From NCBI GenBank assembly GCA_963735025.1, contig CAVTJG010000009.1, forward strand, positions 2,052,499-2,116,498: a DNA stretch of 64,000 bases, given 5' to 3'. This document shows positions 1 to 8,785 of this stretch, piece by piece. The notes under the pieces were generated by a model that saw only the letters and a list, made by a program, of their open reading frames with translations, was not told the DNA's origin and did no database searches. Position 1 is the stretch's first letter; the number at the start of each line of letters is the position of its first letter. Made by a program: the position numbers and the translations under genes. Source of the stretch: an uncultured beta proteobacterium. GTDB taxonomy: Bacteria > Pseudomonadota > Gammaproteobacteria > Burkholderiales > SG8-39.

Positions 1-122
1 GCAAGGAAATGCGCGACGGCGAGCTGCTCTACAACGAGCCGAAATGGATCCGCATGGATGACGGCGGCTTGCGTACGCTCGAATCCGCCGGCCTCAAGTT
101 GAAGAAAGGCGTGTACTACTGA
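1..122 (+). CDS. aprB: APS reductase beta subunit, 3' fragment (truncated by window edge)
   Basis: Frame from nt 3 reads KEMRDGELLYNEPKWIRMDDGGLRTLESAGLKLKKGVYY*. Its TGA (120-122) overlaps the aprA ATG (TGATG coupling), which is the usual aprBA order. Confidence 0.8.
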   Translation, partial: KEMRDGELLYNEPKWIRMDDGGLRTLESAGLKLKKGVYY

Positions 123-1990
123 TGGCCTACAAAACGATCATCGAAGACGGCATCGATATTCTGGTCGTCGGCGCGGGCCTGGGCGGCACCGGCGCCGCCT
201 GGGAAGCGAGATTCTGGGGCCAGAACAAGAAGATCGTCATTGCCGAGAAGGCCAACATCGATCGCTCCGGCGCGGTCGCCCAGGGCCTGTACGCGATCAA
301 CTGCTACATGGGCACCCGCTGGGGCGAAAACAACCCGGAGGACCATGTCCGCTATGCTCGCATCGACCTGATGGGGCTGGTGCGGGAAGATCTGCTGTTC
401 GACATGGCCCGTCACGTCGACTCCACAGTGCATCAGTTCGAAGAGTGGGGCCTGCCCATCATGAAGGACCCGAAGACCGGGCGCTATCTGCGTGAAGGGC
501 GATGGCAGATCATGATTCACGGCGAGTCCTACAAGCCCATCGTGGCCGAGGCCGCCAAGAAGTCGGCGGACAAGGTGTTCAACCGCATCTGCGTCACGCA
601 CCTCCTGATGGACGACGGCAAGGAGAACCGGGTCGCCGGCGCCGTCGGCTTCAACGTCCGCACGGGCGATTACCACGTGTTCAAGTCCAAGACCGTGATC
701 TGCGGTGCGGGCGGCGCCTCCAACATCTTCAAGCCGCGCTCGGTGGGCGAAGGCTCCGGCCGCACCTGGTATGCGCCGTGGTCGTCCGCCTCCGCCTACG
801 GGCTCATGATCGACGCCGGTGCCAAGATGACGCAGATGGAGAATCGCATCGTGCTGGCGCGGTTCAAGGATGGTTACGGCCCGGTGGGCGCCTACTTCCT
901 GCACCTGAAGACCTATACTCAGAACGGCCTGGGCGAAGAGTACGAATCCAAGTGGTTCCCCGAGCTGCAGAAGATGGTCGGCAAGGAATATCTCGATCCG
1001 GAAGCGTCGCACCTGACCCATCGGCCGATCCCGACCTGCCTGCGCAACCACGCGCTGATCAGCGAAGTCAACGCCGGGCGCGGCCCCATTCACATGGTGA
1101 CCATGCGCGCCTTCCAGGATCCGCACCTGGAGGAGGTCGGCTGGGAAAACTTCCTCGGCATGACCGTCGGCCAGGCGGTGCTGTGGGCTGCCACCGACGT
1201 GGATCCCAAGAACGAGAATCCCGAGCTGACCACGTCCGAGCCCTACGTCATGGGCTCCCACGCGACCGGCTCGGGCGCCTGGTGCTCGGGTCCCGAGGAC
1301 GTTTCCCCTCCCGAGTATTTCTGGGGCTACAACCGCATGACGACGATCGAAGGCCTGTTCGGCGCCGGTGACGCGGTCGGCGGCACGCCGCACGCCTTCT
1401 CCTCCGGCTCGTTCACCGAAGGCCGACTCGCCGCGAAGGCCGCCTGCAAGTACATCGACGACGGGAAGGCGGAGGGCATTGTCGTCTCGGACGAGCAGAT
1501 CAACCGCCGCAAGCAAGCGATCTACAAACCCCTGGAGCATTACAAGATCTACCGGAATGCGATCGTGGCGGGCGATGTCAACCCGCACTACATCAATCCC
1601 AAGCAGGGCCTGGACCGCCTGCAGAAGCTGATGGACGAGTATTGCGGCGGCGTGACCGTCAACTACATGACCAACGAGAAGCTCCTGAGCATCGGCCTCA
1701 AGAAGCTCAAGATCATGGAGGAGGACCTCGAGAACCTGGCCGCGGAGGACACTCACGAGCTGCTGCGCGCGTGGGAATTGAAGCACCGCCATCGCGCGGC
1801 GGAGTGCGTCACGCAGCACACGCTGTTCCGCAAGGAGACCCGTTGGCCGGGCTATTACTACCGGGGCGACGCCATGAAGGTGGACGACGCAAACTGGCAC
1901 GTGCTGACGGTTTCGCGTCGCGATCCGCAAACCGGCGAATACACCATGGAGAAGGCGCCTTGCTATCACCTGGTTTCGGACAAGGAGTAG
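122..1990 (+). CDS. aprA: Adenylylsulfate (APS) reductase alpha subunit, sulfur-oxidiser lineage I-like
   Basis: 622 aa; FAD motif VVGAGLGGTG, RSGAVAQGLYAINCY, WQIMIHGESYKP, HAFSSGSFTEGR, RKETRWPGYYYRGD. Confidence 0.97.
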   Translation: MAYKTIIEDGIDILVVGAGLGGTGAAWEARFWGQNKKIVIAEKANIDRSGAVAQGLYAINCYMGTRWGENNPEDHVRYARIDLMGLVREDLLFDMARHVDSTVHQFEEWGLPIMKDPKTGRYLREGRWQIMIHGESYKPIVAEAAKKSADKVFNRICVTHLLMDDGKENRVAGAVGFNVRTGDYHVFKSKTVICGAGGASNIFKPRSVGEGSGRTWYAPWSSASAYGLMIDAGAKMTQMENRIVLARFKDGYGPVGAYFLHLKTYTQNGLGEEYESKWFPELQKMVGKEYLDPEASHLTHRPIPTCLRNHALISEVNAGRGPIHMVTMRAFQDPHLEEVGWENFLGMTVGQAVLWAATDVDPKNENPELTTSEPYVMGSHATGSGAWCSGPEDVSPPEYFWGYNRMTTIEGLFGAGDAVGGTPHAFSSGSFTEGRLAAKAACKYIDDGKAEGIVVSDEQINRRKQAIYKPLEHYKIYRNAIVAGDVNPHYINPKQGLDRLQKLMDEYCGGVTVNYMTNEKLLSIGLKKLKIMEEDLENLAAEDTHELLRAWELKHRHRAAECVTQHTLFRKETRWPGYYYRGDAMKVDDANWHVLTVSRRDPQTGEYTMEKAPCYHLVSDKE

Positions 1991-2037
1991 CAACGTCTCC
2001 CTCGAAGCCGGTATCTTCCGCTCGCGGAGAGCCGCGC

Positions 2038-2388
2038 GTGAATATCATTGAGAAGACCGACGAGGAGATTCTCGCCATCGCCCATCCCCTATGGCGCGAC
2101 CTCGTCAAATATTCGAACGAAGGCAAGTACGGAGAGTTCGTAAGGAACTTCTCCAGTTCCCTGGCGCTTGCCATGGATCAGGTGGTGACCGGCCATCAGT
2201 TCGCAAACAGCGAACTGGCGAGAAGTCTTTCTGAAAATTTCGACGCCCTCGGCATCATCCGCCGGGGCGAGCATGTGACGGTTCTCTACCGGCAGCGCAG
2301 CACCAAGAAGCAAGGCGAATGGCTTGGCAGACTTGTCCTCGGCTACGAAGATGGACAGGTCAAGATTTTTGGCGCATCTATTTTCTGA
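2038..2388 (+). CDS. Hypothetical protein downstream of aprA (116 aa)
   Basis: GTG 2038 preceded by GGAG. The protein-like 3' part of track ORF 1642..2388 (NIIEKTDEEILAIAHPLW...KIFGASIF); co-oriented within the apr run. Confidence 0.7.
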   Translation: MNIIEKTDEEILAIAHPLWRDLVKYSNEGKYGEFVRNFSSSLALAMDQVVTGHQFANSELARSLSENFDALGIIRRGEHVTVLYRQRSTKKQGEWLGRLVLGYEDGQVKIFGASIF

Positions 2389-2408
2389 GCAATTGCCTCG
2401 GATTCGAC

Positions 2409-2918
2409 ATGAGCGATACCATCCGAGACGGCAAGCTTGTGGAGCTCACCTACAAGGTGACCGACAAGAAGACGGGGCATGTCCTCACCCGGGTCGAATT
2501 CCCGTTGGGCTATGTTCACGGATACAATGAAATTCTGGCTCCTTCCATCCATAGGGAGCTGGAGGGCAAGTCCGCAGGCGACATCATCGAAGTGCCGATC
2601 GATGGCAATCAGATCTTCGGCCCCAGAGACGAGTCGCTGGTTTTTACCGATCACATCGAGAACGTCCCCGAGGAGTATCGGCAGGTCGGCACCTCCATCC
2701 TCATGGAGAACGACAAGGGCCAGACCCGCAGCTTTCTCGTGACGCGGATGGACGATGAGATACTGACGGTCGATGGCAACAATCCGCTCTGCGGCAGAGC
2801 GGTCGTCTTTGCGCTCGAGATACTGACCGTGCGCGACGCGACTGAGGAAGAGACAAGAGCGGGCGGCGCGATCGATGCGGGCGCGGATATCGACCCGTCA
2901 GTCATGAGACCTATCTAG
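2409..2918 (+). CDS. FKBP-type peptidyl-prolyl isomerase (SlyD-like, no His-rich tail)
   Basis: VELTYKV...PLGYVHG...ELEGKSAGD...VDGNNPLCGR pattern of SlyD/FkpB; ATG 2409. Confidence 0.85.
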   Translation: MSDTIRDGKLVELTYKVTDKKTGHVLTRVEFPLGYVHGYNEILAPSIHRELEGKSAGDIIEVPIDGNQIFGPRDESLVFTDHIENVPEEYRQVGTSILMENDKGQTRSFLVTRMDDEILTVDGNNPLCGRAVVFALEILTVRDATEEETRAGGAIDAGADIDPSVMRPI

Positions 2919-3003
2919 GCAGCGGTGCCGAATGACATCCGACGAGTTTCGGCTTCAATGACTTGCACTTGAAATCCCGACTTCACGGCAAGAGAGGTGA
3001 CGC

Positions 3004-3168
3004 ATGAGCGAGGAAAAGAAACCTCCCACCACCAAAGTTCCTGACGGCCACGCGCGTTTCTTGACGACGCGTCAGATGCCGCCGAACGAAAAGGGGTTTG
3101 TGGGTTACGAAACCGTCTGGGAACCGTTCCAGAAGGAAGCCGTGTACGAGACGCCGAAGAAGCCGTAG
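3004..3168 (+). CDS. Small 54-aa protein (absent from the ORF track)
   Basis: SD-like GAGAGGTGA just before ATG 3004. Reads MSEEKKPPTTKVPDGHARFLTTRQMPPNEKGFVGYETVWEPFQKEAVYETPKKP*; fills the gap between FKBP and cbbQ-like. Confidence 0.7.
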   Translation: MSEEKKPPTTKVPDGHARFLTTRQMPPNEKGFVGYETVWEPFQKEAVYETPKKP

Positions 3169-3260
3169 GCGTCATACCCTTGTATCGCCCGCGGCGCTGG
3201 CCGCTGCGGGGTGTGTTCCTCGCTGTGCGCCGGCCGCCACGATGCGCGCGATAATGGGGA

Positions 3261-4073
3261 GTGGACGCACGCACTCACACCGCAGACCAGTATCGCGTTG
3301 CGACCGAGCCGTACTACGAGCCGGTGGGCGACGAGGTGCGGCTGTTCGAAGCGGCGCACGCCCGTCACATCCCGGTCCTGCTCAAAGGGCCCACCGGCTG
3401 CGGCAAAACGCGCTTCATCGAGTACATGGCCTGGCGCCTCGCGCGGCCACTCGTGACGGTTTCGTGCCATGATGACCTCACGGCGTCGGATCTCGTCGGC
3501 CGCTACCTGATAGTGGGCGCCGAAACAGTGTGGGTCGACGGTCCGCTTGCGCTAGCCGTGCGACTAGGAGCGATCTGCTATCTCGACGAGATCGTCGAGG
3601 CGCGCAAGGACACGACGGTCGTGATCCACCCGCTCGCCGACGACCGGCGCATCCTGCCGATCGAGAAGACCGGTGAGGTGCTGCGCGCCCCGCCCGAATT
3701 CCTGCTGGCGCTCTCCTACAATCCGGGCTACCAGAGCGTTCTGAAGGAGCTGAAGCACAGCACCCGCCAGCGTTTCGTCGCGATCGAGTTCGGCTATCCT
3801 GCCGCGGCGATCGAGCAACGCATCGTCGCGCGCGAGACCGGCGTCGACGCGCCACTTGCCGAACGGCTCGTCACGCTCGCCGCGATGACTCGCAGCCTGA
3901 AGGGAAACGGGCTCGACGAGGGCGCCAGCACACGGCTCCTCGTGCATGCTGGCAAGCTGATCGTCGACGGCGTGCCCGCTCGTGCCGCCTGTGCCTCGGC
4001 GATCGCGCAATCGCTTACCGACGAGCCGGAAGCGCTTGCCGCGGTCAACGAGCTCGTCGCATCGCTCTTCTAG
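3261..4073 (+). CDS. CbbQ/NirQ/NorQ family MoxR AAA+ ATPase
   Basis: Walker A GPTGCGKT, Walker B YLDE, SYNPGYQ, STRQRF, C-terminal EGASTRLL. Confidence 0.93.
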   Translation: MDARTHTADQYRVATEPYYEPVGDEVRLFEAAHARHIPVLLKGPTGCGKTRFIEYMAWRLARPLVTVSCHDDLTASDLVGRYLIVGAETVWVDGPLALAVRLGAICYLDEIVEARKDTTVVIHPLADDRRILPIEKTGEVLRAPPEFLLALSYNPGYQSVLKELKHSTRQRFVAIEFGYPAAAIEQRIVARETGVDAPLAERLVTLAAMTRSLKGNGLDEGASTRLLVHAGKLIVDGVPARAACASAIAQSLTDEPEALAAVNELVASLF

Positions 4074-4074
4074 C

Positions 4075-6190
4075 GTGCGGATCGATCCCGTGACGAGGCA
4101 GGACGTACGCCTGCAGATCGAGAAGCTGCTCGAGGAGCTGCTCGCGGCCTGCCTGTCATCGCGCCGCACGGCCGCCCAGCTTGTTCCTGAAATCGCGGCA
4201 CTCGCGCGGCCGCATCGGGAGTTCGTCCTGCACTGGGTACGGGTCGTGGCGCAAAGCAATGTGGAGCTCGCCTACCAGTTCGCGGCGGCGGTTCCGCGTG
4301 CGCTCGCCCTGTTGGGCGAGCGCGGCACCGAAGCCTGGGTGATTGCGGCAATGGATGCGTTCGACCGCGAAAGCACGTACGCGGCGGGCGCGGCGCTCGA
4401 ATGACCTGACGCGATTCACGCGATCCTGGGCGGAACAGTCCCACGCGTTGCGGCTATCGGACGTGACCCGCGTACTCGAGATGTTCGCCTGCGGGCTGGC
4501 TGGAAGAGCGCTGCGCGTGGCGCCGGACGAGGCGCCCTGGACCGACACGCAAACGGTGTACCTGCCCGACGAGGTCTCGCGCTTCGCGGCACGCGAGCGG
4601 AATTTTCTCGTCTACAAGGCGATGGTCGGTCTCGCTTGGGCGCAAGCGCGATTCGGCACGTACGGTTCGGAAATCGCCACTGCAGTGGAGCAAAGTCGCG
4701 ATCCTTCTCGTGCGCGGCGCTGGCTTGCATTTCTCGAAGCGGTGCGACTCGATGCGCGGATCGCGGCGGCGCTGCCGGGCCTTGCACGGGACATGCGCTC
4801 GTTGCAGGTACCGCTGCCTGACGCGAGGCTCCTCGAACTGCTCGCGCCTTTGCGCAGCGCGCGCGCGGGCGCTGCGGACAGCGTCGCAGTGCTGGCGCAA
4901 GTCGACTTTGCACGGGCGCCTCCGCAATGGTGCTATGTCGGTCCGTTGCGGCCCGAGCCGGCCGCGGATGTGCGGGCGTCGCGCATTGCGCGCGAGAAGG
5001 AGGCATTCCGTGCGCTGCTCGCCGCCCTGCGCGACGAGCACCGGGAACGCGCCGGATCTGATGAAGATGCCGGTGCACCCTTTACCGCGCAGCTATCCGA
5101 GCCGGATGCCGCGGGCGCGCGCGATGTCGAGCTACGCCTGAACGGGAAACCCTTGACGCCCTCCGCGGATGCGATGCGCCTCGTTCAATCGATCCTGCAG
5201 GATCTCGAAGAGCTGCCGCCCGAGTACCTCGTGCCGGCCGGAGCGGGCGACCGCCAGGCTGCCGGACATTCCGGGGCGTGCGGCGGACCCGAAGAGGATC
5301 CGGCGGACAACGAGGTGGACGTCATCCTCTACGAAGAGTGGGACTTCGCGCGCAAGAACTATCGCCGCAACTGGTGTGCGCTCCGCGTTCGCGACATTCT
5401 TCCAGGCGACGCCGGATTCGTCTGGCGTACGCTCGAGAAGTATCGAGGGCAGATCGCCGCCCTCAAGCGCACCTTCGAGGCGCTACGGGGTGAGGACCGG
5501 ACCCACCGGCGTCAGCCGAACGGGGATGGCATCGACATCGATGCTGCAGTGGCGGGGTTCGCGGATCTCGCCGCAGGGCGCGAATTCCCCGAGCGATTCT
5601 TCACACGGCGTCAGCGCACGGAGCGGTCGATCGGAGTCCTGTTTCTGGTGGATATGAGCGGGTCGACGAAAGGCTGGATCAACGACGCGGAACGCGAGGC
5701 ACTCGTCCTGTTGTGCGAAGCGCTCGAGGTCCTCGGCGACCGGTACGCGATTTACGGGTTCTCGGGAATGACTCGCAAGCGGTGCGAGCTCTACCGGGTG
5801 AAGCAGTTTGGCGAGCCCTACGGCACACTCGTCAAGAGCCGCATCGCCGGCATTACGCCCCAGGACTACACGCGGATGGGTGTGGCGATCCGCCATGCCG
5901 CGGGAATGTTCGCCGCCGAGGATGTGCGAACACGCCTGCTGGTCACGCTCTCGGATGGCAAGCCGGACGACTTCGGCGACGGGTATCGCGGGGAATACGG
6001 GATCGAGGATACCCGTCAGGCGCTGCTCGAAGCGCGCCGACGGGGCGTCCATCCATTCTGCATCACCATCGACGAGCAGGCGCGCGACTACCTGCCTCAC
6101 ATGTACGGCGCCGCGAGCTGGGTTCTCGTCGACGACGTGCGCCGGTTGCCCGTGAAGACCGCCGAGGTCTATCGGCGGCTGACGAGCTGA
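4075..6190 (+). CDS. CbbO/NorD-like vWA adaptor protein, split by an apparent +1 frameshift near 4400
   Basis: N-part 4075-4404, continuing in the 4343..6190 frame. YEEWDF, MIDAS DMSGS, YTRMGVAIRH, LSDGKPDD; immediately follows the cbbQ-like gene. Confidence 0.85.
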
Positions 6191-6338
6191 ATCCGCGCGA
6201 TTACGGGAATATCGCCCGCCGCGTCAGCGTTCGCGTCGTGACTGCTCGCCGGGCCCTGCAGCACATTCACGCCGTGCGGCGCGCGGTATGCTTGCGGGGT
6301 CGGTGCCGCGACACCCAATGTCCCGTACGAGGTCGTCC

Positions 6339-7169
6339 ATGATCAGAACGCTCGCTGCAAGTCTCGTCACGATGCTGGCGGTGTCGGTCGCGCAGGGCGC
6401 GGAGCTTCCGGTATTCGATGCGCATGTCCACTACAGCCACGACGCGGTGGAGATGCTGCCGGTCGAGAAAGTGATCGAGCTGTTGCGCCGGGCGAACGTG
6501 AAGCGCGCACTCGTGTCGAGCTCCGACGACGAGGGAACGCAGAAGCTCTACGCTGCGGCGCCCCACCTGATCGTGCCCGAGCTCCGGCCCTACCGGCGGC
6601 GCGGCGAGATCTCCACGTGGGTGCGCGACCCCGGAGTCATCACGTACCTGGAAGAGCGGCTCCGAAAATACCGGTACGTTGCCATTGGCGAATTCCATCT
6701 CTACGGTGCAGATGCCGACCTTCCCGTGCCGCGACGGATGGTTGAGCTCGCCAAGCAGTACGGGCTGATGCTGCACGCCCATTCCGACGCCGACACGATC
6801 GAGCGGCTGTTCGCGCAGTGGCCGCAGGCGCGCATCCTCTGGGCGCACTCCGGGTTCGAACGCCCCGAGCGCGTGCGCGAGATGCTGGCCAGGCATCCGA
6901 ATCTCTGGGCCGACCTGGCGTTTCGCACGGACCATGGCGCAGGCGGCAAGGTTGCGCCGGAGTGGCGTGCGGCGTTCCTGGAGTTTCCGGATCGGTTCAT
7001 GGTCGGCACCGACACGTTCGTTCCGGAACGCTGGTTTTACGTGCCCGAGCATGCGACCTGGTCACGCGCCTGGCTGGGAGACTTGCCGCCGGAGGTCGCC
7101 GAGCGGATCGCCTGGAAGAACGGCGAAGCGGTGATCGGCGAGGCTTTCGACAAGAAACGCTCGGACTGA
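6339..7169 (+). CDS. Secreted amidohydrolase-superfamily (TIM-barrel) metallohydrolase
   Basis: Signal peptide (MIRTLAASLVTMLAVSVAQG), DAHVH, GEFH, HAHSD, WAHSG, VGTD. Confidence 0.8.
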   Translation: MIRTLAASLVTMLAVSVAQGAELPVFDAHVHYSHDAVEMLPVEKVIELLRRANVKRALVSSSDDEGTQKLYAAAPHLIVPELRPYRRRGEISTWVRDPGVITYLEERLRKYRYVAIGEFHLYGADADLPVPRRMVELAKQYGLMLHAHSDADTIERLFAQWPQARILWAHSGFERPERVREMLARHPNLWADLAFRTDHGAGGKVAPEWRAAFLEFPDRFMVGTDTFVPERWFYVPEHATWSRAWLGDLPPEVAERIAWKNGEAVIGEAFDKKRSD

Positions 7170-7172
7170 CGC

Positions 7173-7592
7173 ATGATGCCAAGGAAATTCGTGAGGCTGG
7201 TCGCCGCGCTCGCACCGCTTGCAGTGAGTCAGGCGCAGGCCGCCGATTGCGGCGCCGCGTCGCGAGCGGCCGTCGCGCGCGCGGAATCGGAGCGCTACAC
7301 GGTCATGTACCGGACCGAGCCCGCGGCGATTGCCGTCGGTCGCGCCTTCGCGATCGAGGTCCAGGTTTGCGCGAAAGGGCAGGCCGTGGTGCCGACCGGA
7401 TTGCGCGTCGATGCACGGATGCCCGCGCATCGGCACGGCATGAACTATCGCCCGACTGTCGTTGCCGAGGGCAGCGGCCGGTTCCTGGCCGAGGGGATGC
7501 TCTTTCACATGCCGGGACGCTGGGAATTGATCTTCGACCTCGATGCGCCCGGCTTGCACGAGCGGATCACCCAAGATCTGTTGCTCGAATGA
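7173..7592 (+). CDS. Secreted YtkA/FixH-like Ig-fold protein
   Basis: Signal peptide; DARMPAHRHGMNY and FHMPGRWEL motifs. Confidence 0.7.
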   Translation: MMPRKFVRLVAALAPLAVSQAQAADCGAASRAAVARAESERYTVMYRTEPAAIAVGRAFAIEVQVCAKGQAVVPTGLRVDARMPAHRHGMNYRPTVVAEGSGRFLAEGMLFHMPGRWELIFDLDAPGLHERITQDLLLE

Positions 7593-8785
7593 AAGCGCGC
7601 GTTGCGGCTGCGCTGCTGGCCGTCTTGCTTCTCGCAAGCGTCGCCGCTGCACGGTCGCAGGAGCAGGTCGAGTTCAGCGCGGAGGAGATACGCCGGATCC
7701 TGCAGCACGGTCCGTGGCCACAGCCGGTGCTGCGCGACAAGAGCAACCGCGTATCGGGGAATGCCGATGCGATTGCCCTCGGGGAGCGACTGTTCTACGA
7801 CCGGCGGCTGTCGGGTGACGGCGCGATGTCATGCGCGGCCTGCCATCTTCCCGATCGCGCGTTCACGGACGGTCGGGAGCGGGCCTACGGTCGTGAATCG
7901 CTCGACCGCAACACGCCGAGCGTGTGGAACGTCGGTTTCGCGCACTGGTTCGGCTGGGACGGCGCCGCGGACAGCCTCTGGCGGCAGAGCATGAAGCCGA
8001 TCCTGAATCCGATCGAGCTTGCGGCAGACCCCGACCACGTCGCGGGGCTATTGCGTGCGGATCAGGCGCTCGCACGCCGTTACGCGAACGCGTTTGGAAC
8101 GACTCCACGCGACGCGCACGCCGACGAGGCGATGCTCGTCAATACGGGCAAGGCGATTGCCGCTTACCTGGAGACGCTCGTCTCGTCACGCTCCGCATTC
8201 GACGAGTTCCGCGATGCGCTCGCGCGCGATGATCGGGCGGCCGCCGCACGCTATCCCCTCGCTGCGCAACGCGGGTTGAAGATCTTCGTCGGCAAGGGGA
8301 ACTGCGGCTTCTGCCATTTCGGACCGGCGTTCACGAACGGCGAGTTCGCAGACATCGGCATCTCGTACTTCGTGGCAAAGGGGCGTGTCGATTCCGGCCG
8401 GCATGGAGGGATCAAGGAATTGCGCGCCGACCGGTTCAATCTGCTCGGACCGTACAACGACGATCCGGGTGGCGCGGGGGCCGGCAAGACGCGGCATGTC
8501 GCATCCCTGCACCGCAATTTCGGCGAGTTCAAGGTCCCCGGACTGCGCAACGTAGCGCTCACTGCGCCCTACATGCACAACGGAAGTATTGCGACGCTGC
8601 GCGACGTCGTGCTGCACTACTCCGACCTGAACGAGGAGCGACTGCACGCGGACGGTGAGCGGATCCTGCGCCCGCTCAAGCTTTCGCCCCGGGAAGTCGA
8701 TGATCTCGTTGCCTTTCTCGAATCCCTGACTGGAGCCGCCCCGGCCGCCACCGGCCACGCTACATCGGCAGCCGCCAGGCACTGA
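7589..8785 (+). CDS. Diheme cytochrome c peroxidase, bCcP/MauG superfamily
   Basis: ATG 7589 overlaps the upstream stop (ATGA). Signal peptide; CAACH and CGFCH; RNTPSV, GWDG, FKVPGLRNVALTAPYMHNG. Confidence 0.9.
   Translation: MKARVAAALLAVLLLASVAAARSQEQVEFSAEEIRRILQHGPWPQPVLRDKSNRVSGNADAIALGERLFYDRRLSGDGAMSCAACHLPDRAFTDGRERAYGRESLDRNTPSVWNVGFAHWFGWDGAADSLWRQSMKPILNPIELAADPDHVAGLLRADQALARRYANAFGTTPRDAHADEAMLVNTGKAIAAYLETLVSSRSAFDEFRDALARDDRAAAARYPLAAQRGLKIFVGKGNCGFCHFGPAFTNGEFADIGISYFVAKGRVDSGRHGGIKELRADRFNLLGPYNDDPGGAGAGKTRHVASLHRNFGEFKVPGLRNVALTAPYMHNGSIATLRDVVLHYSDLNEERLHADGERILRPLKLSPREVDDLVAFLESLTGAAPAATGHATSAAARH

Noticed and set aside
116-1993. 625-aa antisense ORF over aprA (and similar long shadows such as 11632..14121, 28757..30505, 29842..31599, 54917..56242)
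   Set aside because: These mirror well-supported genes on the opposite strand; expected in GC-rich DNA with biased third positions, and they have no recognisable motifs.
4402-4404. Selenocysteine or stop read-through at the TGA in the cbbO-like gene
   Set aside because: The protein-like continuation is in a different frame, so read-through would not restore it.
3261-6190. Direct evidence of Calvin cycle or denitrification
   Set aside because: No Rubisco, nor or nir structural genes are in the window; the client is unknown.
7589-8785. Methylamine dehydrogenase (mau) or methanobactin (mbn) cluster
   Set aside because: No mauA/B/D/E, mbnA/B/C, TonB receptor or WxW-type MbnP nearby.
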